Below, in pieces: positions 52,165-62,051 of a DNA stretch of 64,000 nt; position 1 is the stretch's first letter, and every line of letters starts with the position of its first letter. The position numbers and the translations under genes are program-made. This DNA is from a virus (Duplodnaviria; Heunggongvirae; Uroviricota; Caudoviricetes): positions 46,664-110,663 of IMG/VR virus record IMGVR_UViG_3300012347_000217; one strand, 5' to 3'. Under the pieces are notes generated by a model. It saw only the letters and a program-made list of their open reading frames with translations, had not been told where the DNA came from and searched no databases.

Positions 52165-53304
52165 TCAAGGGTATGACTTAGTTAACCAATCCAGTTCTTG
52201 TCGGTCATCGTTACCAGTATACCAACCATCAGGTTTGCGTAGATTTGCAAGTGATGTGAAGTACTCTTTATACATTTTACCAACTTTGTCGAAGTTGTAG
52301 TTAGACTCTGCCCACTTCCGACAATCTTCAGACTTGATGTTGTGTATATTCTTGGCTGCCCATACGAATTGTTCAAAGGTTCTGCAACGATAACCAGTAA
52401 TGCCGTGCAGTACAGTCTCAGTAAATGCACCATTATCGGTACAAATCACTGGTGTACCAGACAGCATGGCTTCGATGGCAACATAACCAAACGGTTCATT
52501 GTACAGTGTAGGACAGAATAGAGCCTTGGCACCAGCCATCAGCTTCTTGCGTTTCTCAACGTCAGCATAACCAACGAATTCTACGTGTTCTGGCCATTCG
52601 TCCATGTCTAACGCACAATCTCTAGGTCCAAAAGTTGTTCCTGCAAGAATCAGCTTGACGCCGAGCATGGCTGTGGTCTGTACTGCAATGTTGACACCTT
52701 TGGCCCACACGAGTCGTCCCATCATAAAGAAGTAATCGTCTTTCTTCTCACGGTACTCGAACTCGGTTACATCGAGACCAGATGGTATGACAGCATCATA
52801 GAATTTGTAGGAACCAGCACTGATAGCTGATTGTCCTTGGTGTCCGTGCATACAGGCATATGATTCATACACCTTGAATGGTGCAAACTGCGAATCATAA
52901 CCAATAGACGGTTCACAAATCAACAGGTCTGAGTGTGCATCACAGATAGCTTTCTGTGAAATGCCAAAGAAGCAAAGAACGATATCGTTAGGTTGCTTGC
53001 GCTTTCCAATTTCTCTGATGCAGTTTTCGTTGAATGTCTGGTACACAGGACCATCTTGTTCAATTTTCAGACCATATTTCTTCCAGTCGTGGTCACCGTA
53101 CACAGAATCAAACAGTTGTCTGTCTACGACAGTGACATGCTCATCACATTCTACTTGAGAATCTTCATGTCCATAGTGTATGACATGCATTCCTTGTGCT
53201 TTAAACATAGAACAGAAGTTGATAACCTTCTGTGTGAAGGCACACACCGTATATTCTTTCGTTGATATTGTGTGAGGAATAGCCAATACATGTAATCTAA
53301 TCAT
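52165..53304 (-). CDS. GT4-family (group 1) glycosyltransferase
   Basis: C-terminal EPFGYVAIEAMLSGTPVICTDNGAFTE is the GT4 E-x7-E region; 379 aa. Confidence 0.75.
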   Translation of the reverse strand: MIRLHVLAIPHTISTKEYTVCAFTQKVINFCSMFKAQGMHVIHYGHEDSQVECDEHVTVVDRQLFDSVYGDHDWKKYGLKIEQDGPVYQTFNENCIREIGKRKQPNDIVLCFFGISQKAICDAHSDLLICEPSIGYDSQFAPFKVYESYACMHGHQGQSAISAGSYKFYDAVIPSGLDVTEFEYREKKDDYFFMMGRLVWAKGVNIAVQTTAMLGVKLILAGTTFGPRDCALDMDEWPEHVEFVGYADVEKRKKLMAGAKALFCPTLYNEPFGYVAIEAMLSGTPVICTDNGAFTETVLHGITGYRCRTFEQFVWAAKNIHNIKSEDCRKWAESNYNFDKVGKMYKEYFTSLANLRKPDGWYTGNDDRQELDWLTKSYP

Positions 53305-53738
53305 TTAATACCTAAATCATATTCAGTCAATATTTTAAACTCCCACGCTCTGTCTGCACAGAACTCGGCGGCAGCTTTCCACTTCGCTTGGTTGATACCA
53401 TACGTTACAACCTCATTTATATATTGCTTCGTAACCCGAGACTTTTTCTGTGGCTCCAACGTCTGTTTATGTGGTTTGACCTCTAAAACCATGACTTTGA
53501 CAGTATCATCCTTCTGTTTCACCTTCACGTAGAAGTCTGGGTAGTATTTGTGGGCACGACCATCGACAGGTGATATGTAAGATATCGAGAATTCTTCCGA
53601 ACCCCACTCTATAATGTTGTCAGTCGAATCAAGCCACGACATGACCCGACACTCCCAAGTCGAACGATACACGATGTTCGTTGGGTCTCCACGATACTTT
53701 TGTGGGTTTTTCGGTGTGTATTTACCTTTGTAGGCCAT
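53301..53738 (-). CDS. gp4-like head completion protein (tentative)
   Basis: TPKNPQKYRGDPTNIVYRSTWECRVMSWLD...IEWGSEEFSISYISPVDG...YYPDFYVKV resembles my recollection of T4 gene 4 protein; 145 aa. Confidence 0.45.
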   Translation of the reverse strand: MAYKGKYTPKNPQKYRGDPTNIVYRSTWECRVMSWLDSTDNIIEWGSEEFSISYISPVDGRAHKYYPDFYVKVKQKDDTVKVMVLEVKPHKQTLEPQKKSRVTKQYINEVVTYGINQAKWKAAAEFCADRAWEFKILTEYDLGIK

Positions 53739-53747
53739 ATAAATAGT

Positions 53748-53755
53748 CCATTACC
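53748..53755 (+). promoter_or_regulatory. T4-type late promoter TATAAATA
   Basis: exact TATAAATA 17 nt upstream of ATG 53772. Confidence 0.5.
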
Positions 53756-53771
53756 TTCTAAAAATAATAAG

Positions 53772-54866
53772 ATGCCAATATCTATCCCAACATCCATTGC
53801 TGGAATATCCGTTCCTGGTGCAGTAAATGGACCGCTGAACGCACTGTATGGTAACAAGTATTCCTTGGGAACCTATAATTATCCAAGAGACTTGTCTACC
53901 AATCCAACGAGAAAACATGTGATTTTGTTCACAGTTAATCGTGCGGATCCTTCAAAAAACATTGCCGTAACAGATGCTGACCTGAATTCTATCGGCATAG
54001 CCGGCGCATCAGGAGCTGCCGGTGCTAAAAACTCATTCGACCAAGCATTGTCCGGTAATTTTTCTGGAGCATTAAACACAGCAATTGAAACCGGTAAGGA
54101 AGTAGCTGGAGGACTAAAAGATCCAATCAATAAGCTTACTTCTACTGTAAAAAATGGTAAATATACCGCAGCTTCGATTGCATTATATGTTCCCGATAAT
54201 GTGAGTGTTCAGTACGATGTGCAATATCAAAATTCATCAGTCAGTGAGGCTTTAGGTACAGCATACTATTTAGCACAAGGCGCAGCATCATTATACGACA
54301 CCTTCAAAGGTCAAGGTGATACAACTTCCGGTTACATAAACAAAGCTGGCAATAACCCATTTGTTCGAGACCTTATTGGTAAAGGTATTGGTGCGGCAGC
54401 CGGAATAACCGGCGGTAATGCGGCAGCTACACGTGAAATGATTCTGCAAGCTGGCGGTTACGCCTTCAACCCACAGTTGCAAGTGTTGTTCCAAGGTATC
54501 GGTTTCAGAACCTTCCAATTCGATTTCACACTGACACCATACTCACAAGAAGAAGCAAAAGTGATTCAGGATATCATCTATCAATTCAAGTATGCGTCTG
54601 CACCAGAGATTAAGAAGAATGGCTGGTTTGAGCAAGGTATGTACATGAGTATTCCAGACACATTTAATATCAAATTTATGTATGACGGTAAAGAGAACCC
54701 TAGTGTACATAAAGTTGGTGAATGTGTGTTGACAAACATAACAGTGGATTCTTCACCAAATGGTTGGTCAACTTTCAATGATGGTTCTCCAACACAATAC
54801 AAACTAAAGTTGCAGTTCCAAGAAACAATCATTGTGGATAAAACAAGAATCTCGGAAGGTTATTAA
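53772..54866 (+). CDS. baseplate/tail-tube-fold protein (gp48-like candidate)
   Basis: 365 aa from ATG 53772 (MPISIPTSIAG); C-terminal FNIKFMYDGKENPSVHKVGECVLTNITVDSSPNGW resembles tube-family C-termini; T4 gp48 is 364 aa. Confidence 0.5.
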   Translation: MPISIPTSIAGISVPGAVNGPLNALYGNKYSLGTYNYPRDLSTNPTRKHVILFTVNRADPSKNIAVTDADLNSIGIAGASGAAGAKNSFDQALSGNFSGALNTAIETGKEVAGGLKDPINKLTSTVKNGKYTAASIALYVPDNVSVQYDVQYQNSSVSEALGTAYYLAQGAASLYDTFKGQGDTTSGYINKAGNNPFVRDLIGKGIGAAAGITGGNAAATREMILQAGGYAFNPQLQVLFQGIGFRTFQFDFTLTPYSQEEAKVIQDIIYQFKYASAPEIKKNGWFEQGMYMSIPDTFNIKFMYDGKENPSVHKVGECVLTNITVDSSPNGWSTFNDGSPTQYKLKLQFQETIIVDKTRISEGY

Positions 54867-55474
54867 TGTTATACTTTGACACACTACCGAAAGTAATTAC
54901 GCCTGACCAAAATGGTAATTCTATTATGCTTACCAATATCATGGCACGTGCCACACTGTTGCAAGAAATGCAGAACAATCCAATGTTGTTCTACAAATAC
55001 TCTGTGCAAGATGGTGATACACCAGAAATCGTAGCAGAGAAATATTATGGTGACCCATACAAGTATTGGATTGTTCTCTACTCTAATCAGTTGTTGGATC
55101 CAGCATGGGCATGGCCACTAAAGTATGAAGACTTCCGTTCGTTCATCAATTCGAAGTATGGTACAGAAGCTACTGCAAAAACTACCGTATACGCATACGA
55201 AAAGATTGTAACGAGCGTTGACGGTGTTACGGGCAAGAGTACCAAAACCACACAGCCAGTATCATTGACAGCCTATAATGCAATCATTCCAGGTTCAGTG
55301 ACACACACTCTACCTTCTGGTTCGTCATGCACAATCACAACGACCAAGAGAACCGTTGATGCTTACACATACGAAGAAGAATTGAATGAATCTAAGCGTG
55401 ATATAAAATTGATGGATTCCAACTATGTGACACAATTAGAACAGCAATTTGTTGCACTAATGAAAGTTAAATAA
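54866..55474 (+). CDS. gp53-like baseplate wedge protein with LysM-like segment
   Basis: YKYSVQDGDTPEIVAEKYYGDPYKYWIVLYSN is LysM-like; 202 aa (T4 gp53 is 196 aa). Confidence 0.5.
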   Translation: MLYFDTLPKVITPDQNGNSIMLTNIMARATLLQEMQNNPMLFYKYSVQDGDTPEIVAEKYYGDPYKYWIVLYSNQLLDPAWAWPLKYEDFRSFINSKYGTEATAKTTVYAYEKIVTSVDGVTGKSTKTTQPVSLTAYNAIIPGSVTHTLPSGSSCTITTTKRTVDAYTYEEELNESKRDIKLMDSNYVTQLEQQFVALMKVK

Positions 55475-56916
55475 TGGCAGAAGCATTTGATTTAGGAACT
55501 GTTTACGTTTCGGCACAAAAAGAAATCAGAGCAGAATCGTCTAATCCAAATCCAGGTTTGGTGAGTAGTGACGACTTTTATTTGGGTGATGTTATTTTAG
55601 TTACACCATCAATAAACATCTCCATCAAAAACTTGGCAACTGAAATTTCATATTACGAAGATATTATGAATAACACAGTTTCGGGACACATACTGATGAG
55701 TGATTCTATCAGTTTGATTGACCGTCTGAGTTTGTCTGGTGGCGAATTTTTAAAACTGAATTTCAGAAAAACACAAAATTCTACTGCTGAAATTAATAAG
55801 TATTTCCGTGTATATCGTGTTGGTGAGAGAGTACTCACCAATTCAGAAACAGAAAATTATACACTACACTTCTGTTCTGAAGAATTATTCTTGTCGGAAC
55901 AGATAAAAGTATCTAAAGGCTATTCTGGTAAGAAAATCTCCGATATGGTCCAAGATATCTTGGTTGAGAAATTGAAAATTGACAAAAACAGTTGTAACAT
56001 ACAAGAAACTGATGGCCTATATGACTTTGTTATTCCATATAAGAAGCCATATGAAGCCATCAATTGGTTAGCATCGTATGCTAGAGCCAAAAACGGTATT
56101 GGTGCAGATTATCTTTTCTATGAGAATCGTTTGGGTTTTCACTTTGCATCATTGCAGAATTTGTTTCAACAGGAAGCCAAGAAAAGCTACTATTATATTC
56201 CAAGAAACTTGGGCGATAGAAAAGACTTGGGCTCTGAGTTATCGAGAAACATGCTCGGTATCAAGTCCTATACATTCCTAGACACCTTCGATTCTCTATA
56301 TGGTACAACGACAGGTGCGTTTTCTAACAAACTAATTTCGGTAGATCCACTGACAAGAAGTTATAATGTCACCAACTTCGACTATATCAAAGACTACCAC
56401 AACAAAGTTAAAAAACTAAATAATTACCCAGTTATCAATAACTTGAAAAATCGTTTCGGTAAGACACAGAATGAAAACTATGATGCTGTGCAGAAGGTTA
56501 TGGTAACAAATGCAAATCAACAGAAAGCATTGGGTATTCAAGATAAACCTTGGTCGGTAGCCAATGATATCAAAGCCGAGACTTATGTTCCATACAGAAC
56601 AGCACAACTATCACTGGCTCACTACTCAAGAATCAAAGTATCGCTATCTGGTGACCCATATCTGACAGTGGGTAAGACAGTCAATCTTACATTACCATCT
56701 AGCAGAAGTATGTCAGATGGTAGCGGTTTAAATCAAGGCCAAAAAGACTTGTACAACTCAGGCAAGTATTTAATTACTGCTGTGCGTCACATTATCAATT
56801 TGAACCAGAAATATGAAACAGTAATTGAAGTTGCAAAAGATAGTTATGGTGACCAGTTAACGAGTTACAATATGTCTGGTGATATCAACAAAGCAATCAA
56901 TGGTGGTAATACATGA
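55474..56916 (+). CDS. baseplate hub candidate (gp27-like position)
   Basis: 480-aa ORF directly upstream of the gp5-like gene; ATGG overlap. Confidence 0.45.
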   Translation: MAEAFDLGTVYVSAQKEIRAESSNPNPGLVSSDDFYLGDVILVTPSINISIKNLATEISYYEDIMNNTVSGHILMSDSISLIDRLSLSGGEFLKLNFRKTQNSTAEINKYFRVYRVGERVLTNSETENYTLHFCSEELFLSEQIKVSKGYSGKKISDMVQDILVEKLKIDKNSCNIQETDGLYDFVIPYKKPYEAINWLASYARAKNGIGADYLFYENRLGFHFASLQNLFQQEAKKSYYYIPRNLGDRKDLGSELSRNMLGIKSYTFLDTFDSLYGTTTGAFSNKLISVDPLTRSYNVTNFDYIKDYHNKVKKLNNYPVINNLKNRFGKTQNENYDAVQKVMVTNANQQKALGIQDKPWSVANDIKAETYVPYRTAQLSLAHYSRIKVSLSGDPYLTVGKTVNLTLPSSRSMSDGSGLNQGQKDLYNSGKYLITAVRHIINLNQKYETVIEVAKDSYGDQLTSYNMSGDINKAINGGNT

Positions 56917-57938
56917 GCGATTTTAAAAATAGATTAGGTGAAGATAACTTCGTCTGGTGGATTGGTGTAGTTGAAGACCGTGTAGATGACCTCAACTTAG
57001 GTCGTTGTCGTGTACGTATCTTCGGTGCTCACACTGACAACCTGGATGAACTGCCAACTAAGTCTCTACCTTGGGCAACACCCTTATATCCAGTCAACAG
57101 CTCAAATTCTTTCGGTACTCCGATGGAAGGCGATTACGTTTTCGGCTTCTTCATGGATGGCATGGCTAAACAAGTGCCAGCTATGCTCGGTGTATTTCCT
57201 GGTATTCCACAAGAAGAACCTAGAGATGCTATTGGCTTCTCACCAAAAGCAAAGTATCACATTCAGCCATCGACGACAACCGGTCAGGTTGTGACACCAG
57301 CAAATGATGTTAAGCCTGCCGTAGATAGTACTACACCAGGAATGAAGTTAGTACAACCAGGTAAACCAACAACACCTGCATTATCATACACATTGGCTGG
57401 TACAAGTGTACAGAAATCAAACAACAATAGGGCTCACGTTTGTGATATTCCTAATGTTATTAGATTTGAAACTGCTGTTGAGAAATTCAAAAAGTTTTTG
57501 GATTATATGGGAATACGAGCTGCAATCGAAGCATTGTCGGATGGTGCATCATCTAGTCCACTCACAACACAAGTAACAAACGCTATTAAAGTCATTCGTG
57601 GTTATGTTCAAATGATTAATAAGGGTTTAAAATTTGTCAATGAAACCATACTTGAGATTGCTCGTTATCTTGCATACGTTCGTGCTATGATTACATGGAT
57701 CTTGAGCTTGCCTGCACAACTTCTAAATATGTTGAAAAAGTGTCTTGCTGAATTGCAAGCAGCATTAGCAGGTGCTTTGAGTTTTTCAGGTTCATCTGGA
57801 ATCGTATCCGAATTGAATGGTTTGCTCGGTGATGTTATGAAAACAGCATCTGCGGCAAACCAAGTAGCAGTTAATGCACAATCAACAGTTGCAACAGCAG
57901 AAGCACTGACAAACCCTAAATCATATGGTAAGGCTTAA
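56913..57938 (+). CDS. 5: baseplate central spike protein, gp5 N-terminal OB-fold domain (no lysozyme domain evident)
   Basis: NFVWWIGVVEDRVDDLNLGRCRVRIFGAH matches T4 gp5 NLNWFVGVVEDVMDPLKLGRVRVRVVGLH. Confidence 0.75.
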   Translation: MSDFKNRLGEDNFVWWIGVVEDRVDDLNLGRCRVRIFGAHTDNLDELPTKSLPWATPLYPVNSSNSFGTPMEGDYVFGFFMDGMAKQVPAMLGVFPGIPQEEPRDAIGFSPKAKYHIQPSTTTGQVVTPANDVKPAVDSTTPGMKLVQPGKPTTPALSYTLAGTSVQKSNNNRAHVCDIPNVIRFETAVEKFKKFLDYMGIRAAIEALSDGASSSPLTTQVTNAIKVIRGYVQMINKGLKFVNETILEIARYLAYVRAMITWILSLPAQLLNMLKKCLAELQAALAGALSFSGSSGIVSELNGLLGDVMKTASAANQVAVNAQSTVATAEALTNPKSYGKA

Positions 57939-57940
57939 TT

Positions 57941-58666
57941 ATGGCAACTAAACCGTTAGACTATTCATGGACAGAACCAGAATCCGATTGGAATTCTAAG
58001 CCTCCACTGAATAAGGTTACACAGACAGAATCAGGACATTCATTCGAAATGGATGACACTCCCGGATATGAACGCATCCGCCTACAACACCGCAAAGGCA
58101 CTTTCACTGAGATTCAGGCGAACGGACAACAGATTGTCAAAATTCTTGGTGATAAGTATGAAATCATTGCGGCAAATAATAACGTATTAATTTCTGGAGT
58201 ATGTAATATCACTGTCGAAGGTGATTCTGTGTTTCACGTGAGAGGTGATTCATATAGCCAGATTGATGGTAAGTCTTACCAAAGAGTCAAAGGTGATTCT
58301 AACATACAGGCAACAGGCAACATTGAATTGTTCTCGTCCGGTGATGTGGACATTTCAGCACTCGGTAGTACAGGTGCTATCACACTCAAAGCCTCAAGCG
58401 CAGTCAATATACAGTCTGACCTGAACGTGTCAGGTACAATTAATTCAAAACAATCCATTTCTGCTGTACAGAACGTAACAGCAGGAATGAAACTCGGATC
58501 GGTTCTAGGTGTCGATACAACAGGACCAATCAAATCGGCAGTATCAGTATTTGCACCTATGGTCTCTGACGTAGCTGGTTCAATGATGGGTATGCGCCTT
58601 GTCTATGACTTCCACACACATCCAGCACCATTAGGTGTTACTGGTATACCACTTAAATTGATGTAA
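57941..58666 (+). CDS. beta-helix-like repeat protein, candidate spike tip (gp5 C-terminal-like, separate ORF)
   Basis: repeats ...VEGDSVFHVRGDSYSQIDGKSYQRVKGDSNIQATGNIELFSSGDVDI...; follows the OB-domain gene with a 2-nt gap. Confidence 0.5.
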   Translation: MATKPLDYSWTEPESDWNSKPPLNKVTQTESGHSFEMDDTPGYERIRLQHRKGTFTEIQANGQQIVKILGDKYEIIAANNNVLISGVCNITVEGDSVFHVRGDSYSQIDGKSYQRVKGDSNIQATGNIELFSSGDVDISALGSTGAITLKASSAVNIQSDLNVSGTINSKQSISAVQNVTAGMKLGSVLGVDTTGPIKSAVSVFAPMVSDVAGSMMGMRLVYDFHTHPAPLGVTGIPLKLM

Positions 58667-58670
58667 TATT

Positions 58671-59492
58671 ATGAGCGTATATTCTACTTTAAACTTTGAC
58701 TTCGACACTACTAAATTTGGTAGTGCATTATACTTGAGTCCACAGGCCGAGGCATTTCTTAATGCTGCACCTCTAGAAATTAGCACATGGCAAAAGGATG
58801 ATTTGGCCAATGGTAATGTCCAGATGACAAATTACTATAAGAATCCAGCGGCAAATGTCTGTGCAGATTTGACCTCAAATACAAATATTGTTCTTGCTTG
58901 GTCACCTTTCACAGATACACCAAACACATTCCCATTTGCAGCAGCGGGTGCCGACAGATTGATAGCCAATTTAAATAGCCTATTAGTTGCAATACCACCA
59001 TTCAAATCACACACAGATAACATTTCTGGTGTAGTGTCAGTTAATGCTCACACGGATGTTGTACCGACATTAAACATGGTGATGAGTATCGGTAACCAGT
59101 TATTACGTATCGTCAATGCCACGGATGGTGTGACAAATACTACACCAATGTTGGGTAGCATGACAAGTCTCTATATCGTGGATGACTTGGTGGCCAACAA
59201 TACGACTTTGCAAAACGATTTCGTTAAATTGAACAGCTTTTACAATATTGTCGATGCAAACTGTACCATTTCCGCAACAGAAATGGATACAATCGTATCA
59301 CATGTGGAGTCCACCAAAAATTATATCAATACAAGGCGTGCGGCAGATTGGGCATTCTATGCTCAGTCGGTCACTATTATGAATGATTATCAGAAGTTGA
59401 GTGAGTTTGATAATATGGGTAATACTCACACAACTCTCGTTAATACTTTGATAGGTACAGACAGATTAAAGAACAATTTAGCTAATTCCTAA
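58671..59492 (+). CDS. baseplate-module protein of unknown function
   Basis: 273-aa ORF. Confidence 0.5.
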   Translation: MSVYSTLNFDFDTTKFGSALYLSPQAEAFLNAAPLEISTWQKDDLANGNVQMTNYYKNPAANVCADLTSNTNIVLAWSPFTDTPNTFPFAAAGADRLIANLNSLLVAIPPFKSHTDNISGVVSVNAHTDVVPTLNMVMSIGNQLLRIVNATDGVTNTTPMLGSMTSLYIVDDLVANNTTLQNDFVKLNSFYNIVDANCTISATEMDTIVSHVESTKNYINTRRAADWAFYAQSVTIMNDYQKLSEFDNMGNTHTTLVNTLIGTDRLKNNLANS

Positions 59493-59583
59493 AATTTCGA
59501 TTTTTTTCGATTCCGGCCTAGAATTTTCTCCAACGACTCTCTGGTTTTGAAAAAGTCGTTTTACTCCTATCATAAATACTAAA

Positions 59584-59979
59584 ATGGCACAAACACTCGA
59601 CAAGTTATATTCAGACATTGATTTCACCTTCACCAGAACTCCTGGAAGAAATGATATCGCACTCAGCTATGATGACATGGCTGTGATTAGGGCTATCCGT
59701 TATCTTCTATTGACCAAGAATTTCGAAAGACCTTTTCAATCGAATCTCGGTTCTAGGATAACACACCTACTTTTCGAGCCAGTCTCTAGTATTACAGCAG
59801 AAATTTTAAAGACAGAGATTGAAAACGTCATTAACAATTTTGAACCTAGGGTCAAACTGACCCAAGTAACAATTTACGAACAGCCAGACAATAATGCTTA
59901 TAGTGTGACACTTGAATTTTTTATTGGAAACAACGTTCAACCAACAGCAATCAATTTAATCCTTGAGAGGACACGATAA
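59584..59979 (+). CDS. 25: gp25-like baseplate wedge protein (GPW/gp25 family)
   Basis: LDKLYSDIDFTFTRTPG...PFQSNLGSRITHLLFEP...EPRVKLTQVTI matches T4 gp25 INKLYSDIDPEMKMDW...PFDPEFGCDLSDQLFEN...EPRIDKLAVNV. Confidence 0.85.
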   Translation: MAQTLDKLYSDIDFTFTRTPGRNDIALSYDDMAVIRAIRYLLLTKNFERPFQSNLGSRITHLLFEPVSSITAEILKTEIENVINNFEPRVKLTQVTIYEQPDNNAYSVTLEFFIGNNVQPTAINLILERTR

Positions 59980-62051
59980 TGGCATCAGCCAACTCCGGTC
60001 TACAAATCACAAACCTAGATTTTGGTTCAATCAAATCTAGTCTGAAAACCTTCCTGCAACAACAAGATACTCTCAAAGATTACAACTTTGAAGGCTCAGG
60101 TCTGTCCGTATTGGTTGATTTACTTGCATACAACACACAATATAACGCATACTATCTAAACATGGTTGCGAATGAGATGTTCTTGGATTCGTCCGTGCAA
60201 CGTGGCTCAGTCGTATCACATGCCAAGATGTTGAACTACACTCCACGTTCAGCAGTAGCACCAAAAGCTACTGTTAAACTGGCGGTGAATCAAGTCGTTG
60301 ATAGTTCTCTGACACTACCAAAGTTCACAACGTTTATCTCAGAAGCCATCGACGGTACAAACTACTATTTCGTGACAACTGATGCAGCAACAGTTAACGT
60401 GACAGCAAACACAGCACTGTTCAACAACTTACAATTGGCACAAGGTGTACCAACATCATTTTCGTATACTGTCAACACATCGACCAACCCAAAGTTAATA
60501 TTTGAGTTACCTGATAGCAACATCGACACAGCAACAATCACAGTAACCGTACAAGAATCATCTACGAATACTGTAATAGAAACATACACATTGGCAAGTG
60601 ATTACCTCACTATCACGCCATCAAGTGCAGTATATTTCTTACAAGAAGCCACGAATGGTAGATACCAATTGTATTTCGGTGACGGAATCTTGGGTAAGGC
60701 ACCAATCAATAACAACGTGGTGAATGTATCATACATCACGACAAGTGGTTTGGCATCTGCTGGTGCAAACTCTTTCACACTCAGTGCCGCTATCGGTGCA
60801 TATTCAAACACAGTAGTTACTTCAATTTCTGCCGCTTCTAATGGTGCAGACAAGGAATCTATTGACTCTATTAAGTACTCTGCACCTAAGGCATACGCTG
60901 CCCAAGGCCGTGCAGTTACCAAAGAAGACTACATCTATCTGATTCAGAACAACTCGAAGAATATTCCTATTGAGTCTGTATCGGTGTGGGGTGGTGAAGA
61001 AAACGTACCACCAGTATATGGTAAGTTGTTCTGTGCTATCAAGCCATCAGGTGGTTATACACTATCACCAACACAAAAGCAACGTCTAATTTCGGACGTT
61101 ATCAAACCTATTTCTGTTGTGACTGTTACACCTGAGATTGTGGACCCAGACTACAACTACATCCGTGTGCAGACAAACGTATTGTACGATGCAAAGAAAA
61201 CCACAAATAGCTCGACACAAATTCGCCAGTTGGTGAATGATTATGTTCGTTCATTCGGTACAAGAACTCTTAACACGTTCAACTCCATCTTGAAGATGCC
61301 TGACCTGATTGCTACAATTCAGACGGCAGACCCTTCAATCTTGACAAACGACACAACTATCCGTGTACAGAAGAAGTTCTATCCTAGTCTGACAACGACT
61401 ACGACATATGAATTGGACTACGGTTTCCAAATCAAGAGAAACTTCTACAACGCTGGTATCTCAAGTTATCCTGGTATTTCTGTACGTGATACATCGGCAC
61501 TAGGTGCAATTCGTTCTGGTGTTTTCTTCGAAGAAGTTCCAACTACTGTCGGTGGTGTACAGACAATCAACATCAACAACCAAGGTTTCAACTACTCTAA
61601 AGTTCCAACTGTCACTATCACAGGTGATGGAACTGGTGCGCAAGCATATGCTGTATTGGCCGCAACACGTATCATAAATATTGTTGTCACAAATCCTGGT
61701 ATCAACTACACACAAGCTATCGTAACAATCACACCAGATCCAACAGACAAGACAGGTGGTCTAGCGACTGCCACTGCTGTACTAGAGGGTTCTGTCGGTG
61801 TATTGAGAACATATTACTATGTGAATAATACCAAGACAATTCTTAATGCCAATGCTGGTACTGTTGATTATTACACAGGTAAAATCACACTCACCAACTT
61901 TAGTCCAATTGCTATTGACAATGATTTGGGACAATTTATTATCTCTGCTGTTCCCGAATCAACAATCTTAGAATCTACATTCAATAAGCTAATTACAATC
62001 GACGATTTTGATCCAGACTCTGTTGTAGTAACTGTCAATGCATCACAATAA
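59979..62051 (+). CDS. 6: gp6-like baseplate wedge protein (baseplate_J family candidate)
   Basis: 690 aa immediately after gp25 with ATGG overlap; T4 gp6 is 660 aa; internal repeats ..GxGY..P.VTITG.. Confidence 0.6.
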   Translation: MASANSGLQITNLDFGSIKSSLKTFLQQQDTLKDYNFEGSGLSVLVDLLAYNTQYNAYYLNMVANEMFLDSSVQRGSVVSHAKMLNYTPRSAVAPKATVKLAVNQVVDSSLTLPKFTTFISEAIDGTNYYFVTTDAATVNVTANTALFNNLQLAQGVPTSFSYTVNTSTNPKLIFELPDSNIDTATITVTVQESSTNTVIETYTLASDYLTITPSSAVYFLQEATNGRYQLYFGDGILGKAPINNNVVNVSYITTSGLASAGANSFTLSAAIGAYSNTVVTSISAASNGADKESIDSIKYSAPKAYAAQGRAVTKEDYIYLIQNNSKNIPIESVSVWGGEENVPPVYGKLFCAIKPSGGYTLSPTQKQRLISDVIKPISVVTVTPEIVDPDYNYIRVQTNVLYDAKKTTNSSTQIRQLVNDYVRSFGTRTLNTFNSILKMPDLIATIQTADPSILTNDTTIRVQKKFYPSLTTTTTYELDYGFQIKRNFYNAGISSYPGISVRDTSALGAIRSGVFFEEVPTTVGGVQTININNQGFNYSKVPTVTITGDGTGAQAYAVLAATRIINIVVTNPGINYTQAIVTITPDPTDKTGGLATATAVLEGSVGVLRTYYYVNNTKTILNANAGTVDYYTGKITLTNFSPIAIDNDLGQFIISAVPESTILESTFNKLITIDDFDPDSVVVTVNASQ

